Assembly: GCA_903926385.1 (NCBI GenBank)
Contig: CAIYIS010000045.1
Coordinates: 173,569-237,568, forward strand
Direction of reading: 5' to 3'
Source: an uncultured Bacteroidota bacterium
GTDB taxonomy: Bacteria; Bacteroidota; Bacteroidia; 2-12-FULL-35-15
DNA: 64,000 bases
A program made the translations under genes and the position numbers. Under the pieces are notes generated by a model. It did not search any database. It was not told the origin of the DNA and saw only the letters and a program-made list of their open reading frames with translations. This document shows, in pieces, positions 56,831 to 64,000 of the stretch (the first letter of the stretch is position 1; each line of letters starts with the position of its first letter).

Positions 56831-59104
56831 ATGAAAAATAAAATAACGGTCATTCTGTTTACACTTTTCAGTGTATTCGGCTACGCTCAAAAGAAAATAG
56901 GCGATTTCGCCCAAAATATGAAACAAGCGAACCTTCTTGTTTTGGAGAAGTTTTACACCCCTGCTATACCTTATTTGTTAAAAGCATATCATCAGGATTC
57001 GCTTAACCATAATGTCAATTATTTACTTGGATTGTGTTATCTTCAAACTGATGCCCAAAAGAGCAAAGCACTGTCTTATTTGGAATATGCGTCAGAAAAT
57101 ATCGGTCATAATTATATTGCTGAAGACCCTAAAGAACGTAAGGCTCCTGAAAATACATATAAATTATTGGGGATTGCCTATCGTTTAAAAAATCAACTTA
57201 ATGAGTCTAATTCGTTTTTTGCGAAATACAAGGAATTGGTGGGTACCAAAAACAAAGAAATCGCTGATGATTTAGAGAAAGAAATTCAGACCAACATTAA
57301 TGCGGTAGACTATCAAGTGGATCATGAAGATTTGAAGGTCGTTAATATAGGAGATAGCATTAATACAAAGTTTCCTGAGTATAATCCTGTGGTCACTTCT
57401 GATGAATCTGCTCTTTATTTCACAGGTCGTAGAGCTGATGGTACCGGAACCGAAAAGAATGAGGAGGGGCAATATTATGCTGATGTTTTTATGTGTCAAA
57501 AAAAGAAAGATGGATCTTGGAGTAAACCTAAATGGATGGGAGCAAATTTAAATTCGGTGGATAATGAGAATATTCTTGCTGTTTCGGCTGATGGACAACA
57601 AATGCTAGTGGGGAGAGATGTGAACGAAGGAGATATTTACATAAGTAAATTCGGAGGGTACAACTGGGGTGGATTAGCTCCATTGGGATCTACAGTAAAC
57701 ACCAAGTATGAAGAATCGTTTGCAAGATTTAGCAATGATGGGAATACTTTGTATTTTGTAAGTAATAGGAAAGAAGGAGGTATTGGAGGTAAAGACATAT
57801 GGACATGTGTAAAACAGCCTAACGGTAGCTGGAGTTCAGCAACAAATCTGGGATCCACCATCAACACTCCCTACGATGAAGAATCACCATATGTTACTCC
57901 TGATGGAAACACGCTTTACTTTAGCTCTAAAGGGCATTCTACGATGGGAGGCTATGATGTATTTAAATCTGTTAAAAATTCGCTTGGTAACTGGTCTGAA
58001 CCTATTAATTTGAAACCACCAGTTAATACTACTGATGATGATTTATATTATTCGATGTCTTCAGATGGAAAACATATTTATTTTTCCTCCTGCAGAGCAG
58101 GAGGAAAGGGTGACAGAGATTTGTATATGATTAATCTTGATAAACCCGATGAAAAAGTAACATTACTTGAAGGTGTTGTTACCTTTGATGGTTCATCAAC
58201 TATTCCCGATAATGTTCATATTACAGCCATTGATAGTAAAACAAGTGCAGTTGACCAAGATGTGACCCCAAATAAAACTACTGGAAAGTACGTTATGATG
58301 GTTCACCCGGGAAAAGATGGAAGGAAATTTACATTGAAATACGAAGCAACGGGTTTCCAAACCTACTCGCAGGAGATTTCTCTACCTTCGAATACTACTT
58401 ATAACGAAATTGAGAAAGAACTTCAATTGAAAAAAATAAATTTAGAAAGCCGAACACCGGGTACAATTAATATTTCGGGTACTATTAAAAGTAGCAATGG
58501 TAAACCAATCCCCGCTTCACAAATAGTTGTGAAAAATAATATCAGTGGATTATTAATCAGTATCAATTATTGTTCTCCTGATTCAGGTTCATATTATTTT
58601 ATTTTAAAAAGCGGAGAGAATTACAATCTAACATATGAAGCTGATGGATATTTGTTTCAATCAGAAAACATCAATGTTGCAAAACAGGACAAATACTCTG
58701 TTATAACTAAAAATATTGTATTAGAAAAGCTTGAATCTGGGGCGAAAATTGTTTTGAATAACATTTTCTTTGATTCGAATAAATCAACATTGCGACCTGA
58801 ATCGAACAGTGAAATTGAAAAAGTGTTTACGCTACTACAAAAAAATCCAAAGGTAACTATTGAGGTAGATGGCCATACTGATAATCAAGGTAACGCAGCT
58901 TCTAATTTAGCACTTTCTCAGGCACGTTCTCAGTCTGTAGTGAATGCTATCATCAAAAAAGGAATAGACGCTAAGCAGTTAAAAGCAAAAGGTTTTGGAG
59001 CAACTCTGCCATTAGCACCAAATACGCTCCCTGATGGGAAACCGAATTCTGATGGTATGCAATTAAACAGGAGAGTTGAACTTAAAATTATTCAAGCACA
59101 ATAA
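56831..59104 (+). CDS. TPR + PD40 + OmpA protein (PorE-like)
   Basis: Same propeller repeats with a canonical OmpA domain (NIFFD, GHTDNQG, NLALSQARS, NRRVE). Confidence 0.92.
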   Translation: MKNKITVILFTLFSVFGYAQKKIGDFAQNMKQANLLVLEKFYTPAIPYLLKAYHQDSLNHNVNYLLGLCYLQTDAQKSKALSYLEYASENIGHNYIAEDPKERKAPENTYKLLGIAYRLKNQLNESNSFFAKYKELVGTKNKEIADDLEKEIQTNINAVDYQVDHEDLKVVNIGDSINTKFPEYNPVVTSDESALYFTGRRADGTGTEKNEEGQYYADVFMCQKKKDGSWSKPKWMGANLNSVDNENILAVSADGQQMLVGRDVNEGDIYISKFGGYNWGGLAPLGSTVNTKYEESFARFSNDGNTLYFVSNRKEGGIGGKDIWTCVKQPNGSWSSATNLGSTINTPYDEESPYVTPDGNTLYFSSKGHSTMGGYDVFKSVKNSLGNWSEPINLKPPVNTTDDDLYYSMSSDGKHIYFSSCRAGGKGDRDLYMINLDKPDEKVTLLEGVVTFDGSSTIPDNVHITAIDSKTSAVDQDVTPNKTTGKYVMMVHPGKDGRKFTLKYEATGFQTYSQEISLPSNTTYNEIEKELQLKKINLESRTPGTINISGTIKSSNGKPIPASQIVVKNNISGLLISINYCSPDSGSYYFILKSGENYNLTYEADGYLFQSENINVAKQDKYSVITKNIVLEKLESGAKIVLNNIFFDSNKSTLRPESNSEIEKVFTLLQKNPKVTIEVDGHTDNQGNAASNLALSQARSQSVVNAIIKKGIDAKQLKAKGFGATLPLAPNTLPDGKPNSDGMQLNRRVELKIIQAQ

Positions 59105-59230
59105 AATAATTTGACTAGTGTCGGATTTTACAAATATTTTATTATTTTTACCGACATTATTATATTATATTTTCTTTTTAATTAACATGAGTGCGGTGAA
59201 TAAACTGCCAATAACAAAAACTAAATAATT

Positions 59231-61666
59231 ATGCGAAAATTATTACTTATTTCCTTTTCCATTATTTTTTCTACATTTTGTGCCTACTCTCAAAATTCAA
59301 TTTTAAATGGACAATTTCTTCCCGAAAAGAAAAGTATATATAATGAAAAATTCACAGAAGGAAACTATCTGATATTGGAGGAGAATTACCCTCAGGCTTT
59401 GAAGGTGTTTTTGGAAGCTTATCAAATTGATTCAACAAATTCCAACATAAATTACAAAATCGGTTTTTGTTATCTGAAAACGGAAAGTTCGAAGGCCTTA
59501 TCGTTAAAGTATCTTGAAAAAGGAGTTAAAAATACCACAAAGAATTATAATGATGTTGAATTGGATGAAAAAATTGCCCCCATAAATGCCTATTATTTTT
59601 ATGGAAGAGCACTTCATCTTAATTACAAGTTTGATGAAGCAATAGCTAATTATGAAAAGTTTAAATCTTATTTAGTTCCCGGAAAACACGATGATTTGAT
59701 TAAAGATGTGAATCGTCAAATTGAGATAAGTAATTTTGCAAAAACTGCAGTTGCAGCACCCGTAAACTTCGTTATTAAAAACATGGGAGATAGCATCAAC
59801 TCGCCTTATCCTGATTACAGTTCCGTTATCTCAGCGGACGAAAGTACCATCATGTTTACTTCACGAAGAATTGGAAGTACTGGCGGAGATATTACCGATG
59901 ACGGTCAGTTTTATGAAGATATTTATGTTGCGTATAAAAAGAAAGACGGAAGCTGGACCACTCCAAAATCAATAAGCCCGAACATCAATACCAATGAGCA
60001 TGAGGCTTCGGTTGGTTTGATTGCAGATGGACAAACTTTGATTATATATAAAGATGCTAATGGCGGGGATATTTATACCAGTCATTTGGATGGAGAAAAC
60101 TGGACGTTCCCGGAGCCAATGGGATCTGATATCAATACCTCGTTTTGGGAAACCAGCGCTTGTTTAACTCCTGATGGAAACACACTCTATTTTGTAAGTA
60201 ACCGCCCAGGAGGATTAGGTGGAAGAGATATCTGGACTTGTACCAAATTGCCAAATGGAAAATGGAGTAAAGCTGTTAATTTAGGCGCTCCTGTGAATAC
60301 TGAATACGATGAAGAATCTCCTTTTATTCACCCAAGTGATAATATTTTATTTTTTAGTTCTACCGGTCATAGTAACATGGGAGGGTTTGATATTTACTTT
60401 TCCGAAAAAACTGAAAAAGGATGGAGTGAACCACAAAATATGGGCTACCCAATCAACACAACAGACGATGATTTGTACTATGTAACTTCTCCTGATGGAA
60501 AAAGAGGGTACTATTCTTCTGCATTACAAGCCGGAGGATTTGGTGAAAAAGATATTTATACCGTTTCTACACCAGAGCGTAAAGAGCAAGCATTGGTGCT
60601 TATCAAAGGTTTGATTATTCCTGCTCCTGGCGATCCTATGCCTTCCGACATCGAAATTATTGCTACCAACAACGAAAGTGGTTTAATAGGAAGATACCTT
60701 CCGTTAATGCGTGATGGTAGTTTTGTGATTATTATTCCTCCTAACAGCAAATACAGTATTTCTTATCAGCAAAATGGAGAGGAGTTCAAAAGCGAAGAGA
60801 TTGGACCTTTCGAGCCAGTATATCAGGAAATACATAAAGAAATTCACTTAGCTCCACAGAAGAAAGGCGAGCCAATAGCCGCTGTGGGTGAAGAAGGACA
60901 TAAAGCTGCTAAAACAGATGTTGTGAAAGCTGATAATAGTGTTACTAGTGTTAAAGCGGACCTTCCTAAAGGCGTTTTAATTTCTGCAGAAGGTGAGATT
61001 TTGGATAAAGACTGCAAACCTATTAAGAATGCTAAAGTGAATTTGGTAAATTCGAAAGGAGAAGTTGTTAAGAGTACAACCACAAATGGAGCCGGTGGTT
61101 TTATTTTTACCAAGCTTGATCCAAATGATGACTATACTTTAGCTGCCGAAAATCCATCACTTGTATTCTGTAAAAAATCTAAAATCAGATTTAAGGATAA
61201 TAAAAATAATGTATTTGCAACAAAGAATCTAGGCAATGTGAAAGATGTGGCTGTGAAAGAAGTTCCAAATCACGAGCAATTGGCTACAGTGAATGCACTT
61301 AAATTCGAGATGCATTACAAATATAATATTACTGAAGTTGATGTTAATGACAGTCCGTTCAAACAATACATTGATAATTTGGTTGACTTGTTAAAAACAA
61401 ACGGTAAAATCAGAATTGATTTAACCACCAGCGCATCTAAAGTTCCTACACGCAAGTTTGCTTCTAACCAGGCATTGGCGGCTGCAAGAGCAGAAAAAAT
61501 AAAAGAACAATTGATACAAGGGTTAAAGGATAAAGGTGTAGATCTTTCAAAAGTTACTTTTGTAAAAGTTGTTTCCGGAGTTAATGGTCCTGCTTACGGA
61601 GCAGATTACCTAACGGATAAACCAAAATACGAAGCCTTCCAGTATTCAAAAGTGAGTGCGTATTAA
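59231..61666 (+). CDS. TPR + PD40 + divergent OmpA-like protein (PorE-like)
   Basis: Same architecture, with C-terminal SASKVPT...NQALA..RA...YEAFQY. Confidence 0.85.
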   Translation: MRKLLLISFSIIFSTFCAYSQNSILNGQFLPEKKSIYNEKFTEGNYLILEENYPQALKVFLEAYQIDSTNSNINYKIGFCYLKTESSKALSLKYLEKGVKNTTKNYNDVELDEKIAPINAYYFYGRALHLNYKFDEAIANYEKFKSYLVPGKHDDLIKDVNRQIEISNFAKTAVAAPVNFVIKNMGDSINSPYPDYSSVISADESTIMFTSRRIGSTGGDITDDGQFYEDIYVAYKKKDGSWTTPKSISPNINTNEHEASVGLIADGQTLIIYKDANGGDIYTSHLDGENWTFPEPMGSDINTSFWETSACLTPDGNTLYFVSNRPGGLGGRDIWTCTKLPNGKWSKAVNLGAPVNTEYDEESPFIHPSDNILFFSSTGHSNMGGFDIYFSEKTEKGWSEPQNMGYPINTTDDDLYYVTSPDGKRGYYSSALQAGGFGEKDIYTVSTPERKEQALVLIKGLIIPAPGDPMPSDIEIIATNNESGLIGRYLPLMRDGSFVIIIPPNSKYSISYQQNGEEFKSEEIGPFEPVYQEIHKEIHLAPQKKGEPIAAVGEEGHKAAKTDVVKADNSVTSVKADLPKGVLISAEGEILDKDCKPIKNAKVNLVNSKGEVVKSTTTNGAGGFIFTKLDPNDDYTLAAENPSLVFCKKSKIRFKDNKNNVFATKNLGNVKDVAVKEVPNHEQLATVNALKFEMHYKYNITEVDVNDSPFKQYIDNLVDLLKTNGKIRIDLTTSASKVPTRKFASNQALAAARAEKIKEQLIQGLKDKGVDLSKVTFVKVVSGVNGPAYGADYLTDKPKYEAFQYSKVSAY

Positions 61667-61687
61667 TAATAAATAGAAATAACAATT

Positions 61688-61722
61688 AAAAAAACTCCGG
61701 CTATCTGCCGGAGTTTTTTTTT
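61688..61722 (+). terminator. Intrinsic terminator
   Basis: aaaaaaactccggc-tatct-gccggagttttttttt. Confidence 0.9.
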
Positions 61723-61921
61723 GAAAGATATTCAGAGAGGTGATTGGGTTATCCATCAATCCGGATAAATGATAAGACGGCTAATGTATGAGTAACCTAC
61801 AAAGGTTAAATGGAGATTAGCTGTTGTGTATTGAGAATCGATGATTACTGCAGCTAAGCAATAGATAGGTATGGCTTAAGAAAATGGGCTCTGCTGAATC
61901 TATAGCAGAATGAGAGAACAT

Positions 61922-63271
61922 TTATGGGAACAATACTCCATCGCATTCCACACACATGGTGTAAGGAATATTGGCTTTGTATTTATCGTTTATAGCCTTT
62001 ATAAATTCGTTGGCGATTAATGCATATCCTTTTTGGTTGGGGTGATAACCATCCAAACTAAAGAATCCTCCGGTTACGAACTCAGCATTAAAATCGGCTC
62101 CATTCCATTTGATGCCTGTCTTTACAGAATTAAAATAAGAATTCATATCGGCCAATGCCAAATTATATTGGGCTGCTGCCTGACGAATTACATTATTATA
62201 ACCAATTATAGCTTGGTCGATGGAGTATACTTCCGAACTATCGAGGGCATAACGATTGTTCATCAAACTTACGAGTAAACCGTATTTGTTACACTTCATA
62301 GAATCGAGAGGAACAGAAAGAGTGAGATATTCTCCATTGTGCAATTGACGACCTCCTCCGGGAGCATTGGCATCAACTATTACAAAACCATTGTTACCGG
62401 CTATAAAATGTATTTGCGGAAATAAACTATACACATCGTTTAACGAATCTGCCTGGATTTGTGTCATGGCTGCGGCATTCCAGGGAACCAGCGTGTAATA
62501 TGGAAATACTCTGAAATCGGGTATGGTAGCAATTACTCCTTTTGCACCATTGGCAGTTACTCCTTTTAATATAGAGTCGACATAGGTTTTAAAAACTGCT
62601 GACGAAGGAATAGGAGTGGTCATACCTCCGCTGCTTGCATAATTATATATATCTTCCATACCCAGCCATGCTGTTACAAACGTTGCATTCTGAGCCTTGG
62701 CATCAGCAAATATGGTAGAGGTGCCGGGCAAAGCTGCAATACGGTTGTAATACGGATTTTTATTTCCGGATGAATAACTGTTACCAAATGCAGGGTTAAA
62801 ATAATCGGCTGTGTTGGCAAACGGAACAGCCATGTTCTGAATACTGTTTCCGGCAATACCCGACAGATAAGGCGATGCCGAAGCCAGCGAAATAGTATGA
62901 TTATTTGGATTGAGCGCAGTTACTCCTTTGCAATCGGTTTTATATCCCAGTTTGAAAGGGGAGAGGAAAGGCGTTTCCCATGGTTTGGAATTTAATCCAA
63001 GTCCATTATTATCGGGCATCAGAGCCTGATTAAAACCTCCTCCACCTACTAGTTTAAATTGTTCGGCAAGTAATGCAGGGATAGAATATTTCTGTCCTTT
63101 TTGATACAAAGCTCCGTCCTGATATCCTGCCAAATAATCTCCTCCAATGGCAATACTTTTTGCAAGATTAGCCTCACCTGCCGATGGGTCGGGTACTTTT
63201 AAGTCGGGGGTGCAACTGTAAATAAGACAAGATAAATTAAGAACTAAAAACGGAAGGAGACTTTTTTTCAT
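61922..63271 (-). CDS. SGNH/GDSL hydrolase-family lipoprotein
   Basis: Lipobox IYS-C, AIGGDYLAGYQDGAL and FFSLDGYHPNQKGY. The usual GDS serine motif reads GGD, so catalytic activity is uncertain. Confidence 0.8.
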   Translation of the reverse strand: MKKSLLPFLVLNLSCLIYSCTPDLKVPDPSAGEANLAKSIAIGGDYLAGYQDGALYQKGQKYSIPALLAEQFKLVGGGGFNQALMPDNNGLGLNSKPWETPFLSPFKLGYKTDCKGVTALNPNNHTISLASASPYLSGIAGNSIQNMAVPFANTADYFNPAFGNSYSSGNKNPYYNRIAALPGTSTIFADAKAQNATFVTAWLGMEDIYNYASSGGMTTPIPSSAVFKTYVDSILKGVTANGAKGVIATIPDFRVFPYYTLVPWNAAAMTQIQADSLNDVYSLFPQIHFIAGNNGFVIVDANAPGGGRQLHNGEYLTLSVPLDSMKCNKYGLLVSLMNNRYALDSSEVYSIDQAIIGYNNVIRQAAAQYNLALADMNSYFNSVKTGIKWNGADFNAEFVTGGFFSLDGYHPNQKGYALIANEFIKAINDKYKANIPYTMCVECDGVLFP

Positions 63272-63283
63272 AGGGAATAAAAA

Positions 63284-63532
63284 CTAAACCATTGCACTTA
63301 AATTAACCGCTTCCACTCCTTTTATTTCGGGAGCATAACGTTTGATAGATTCTTCAATTCCTGCTTTCAGGGTCATCATGTTCATCGAACAAGATTTGCA
63401 CGCCCCGAGTAATTCGAGGCGTACTATTTTATCTTTTGTAATTTCAACCAAAGATACATTGCCTCCGTCTGCTTGCAAATAGGGGCGAATGACCTCTAAT
63501 GCATCTTCTACTTTTTTAACTAACGTATCCAT
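63284..63532 (-). CDS. NifU/Nfu-like Fe-S carrier
   Basis: IRPYLQADGG, GACKSC (CxxC) and TLKAGIE. Confidence 0.92.
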   Translation of the reverse strand: MDTLVKKVEDALEVIRPYLQADGGNVSLVEITKDKIVRLELLGACKSCSMNMMTLKAGIEESIKRYAPEIKGVEAVNLSAMV

Positions 63533-63548
63533 TATTGAGTGTTGCTTA

Positions 63549-64000
63549 TTAATTAGATTGAACTAAATCCTTTTCTTTTCTACGTGCATTAACTATAGAA
63601 ACTTGTTGAGCCACATTGCTGGCCATTTCCATAAATGCTTTTGCCTGTGGTGTGTTTTCCTGCAATACAGCCGGACGACCTGCATCACCCGATTCGCAGA
63701 TGCTTTGTACCAATGGGATTTCGCCAAGCAATGGAACGCCTAATTTCTCTGCAAGTTTTTTTGCACCGTCTTTTCCGAAAATATAATATTTGTTTTCGGG
63801 CAATTCGGCTGGTGTGAAGTAAGCCATGTTTTCTACTATACCCAATACCGGAACATTTATTTTTTCTAATTGAAACATACCTACACCTTTTTGTGCATCG
63901 GCAAGTGCCACATTTTGCGGGGTACTTACTATTACCACTCCGTTGATAGGAATAGCTTCTACCAGCGAAAGGTGAATATCGCCTGTGCCGGGAGGTAAGT
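63549..64000 (-). CDS. mrp: Mrp/ApbC Fe-S carrier ATPase, 3' part; starts beyond the window
   Basis: LPPGTGDIHL at the window edge, VSTPQNVALADA, GIVENMAYF and IFGKDGA. Confidence 0.93.
   Translation of the reverse strand, partial: LPPGTGDIHLSLVEAIPINGVVIVSTPQNVALADAQKGVGMFQLEKINVPVLGIVENMAYFTPAELPENKYYIFGKDGAKKLAEKLGVPLLGEIPLVQSICESGDAGRPAVLQENTPQAKAFMEMASNVAQQVSIVNARRKEKDLVQSN

Noticed and set aside
788-63817. Remaining short or antisense ORFs in the track (e.g. 788..1447, 15615..16064, 22946..23416, 52372..52962)
   Set aside because: They overlap well-supported genes on the opposite strand or in another frame and show no protein motifs.
1-64000. tRNA, rRNA or riboswitch (e.g. SAM before metF or the cys genes, FMN before riboflavin synthase, glycine before gcvH)
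   Set aside because: No cloverleaf or aptamer consensus was recognised, and these leaders are too short. An Infernal scan would be needed to exclude them fully.

Overview
This is an AT-rich Bacteroidota chromosomal window, judged from T9SS sorting domains, TAnnTTTG -7 promoter boxes, a secDF fusion and Q-rule signal peptides. Most of it is housekeeping (rnr, gcvH, cysNDC, deoC plus two aldehyde dehydrogenases, lepA, metF, tatA, secDF, trpS, riboflavin synthase, glyA, a 2-oxoacid dehydrogenase E2, nifU-like, mrp) and envelope or secreted proteins (MORN-repeat proteins, two M1 peptidases, T9SS cargo, three TPR-PD40-OmpA paralogs). I saw no rRNA, tRNA, CRISPR array, integrase or reverse transcriptase. 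The unusual signals are mostly non-coding or compositional. (1) A RAYT transposase with four REP palindromes sits inside the deoC-ALDH operon. (2) Three unrelated 21-bp tandem arrays lie at 13.2, 28.2 and 43.6 kb. (3) An integrase-free accessory region at 36.2-44.1 kb has genes separated by several classes of short repeat and palindrome, two unrelated T9SS passengers sharing a 94%-identical secretion tail, and an uncharacterised 302-aa gene next to a modular 21-bp array. (4) Patchy G/C strand polarity, independent of gene direction, peaks at the repeat clusters and flips near 30.2 kb; several nearby substitutions fit one-strand A>G/C>T mutagenesis. (5) An ECF sigma factor is paired with an anti-sigma-like protein that ends in a T9SS type-B sorting domain. 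All counts were made by hand on short stretches, and family names come from motif recognition, not database searches.
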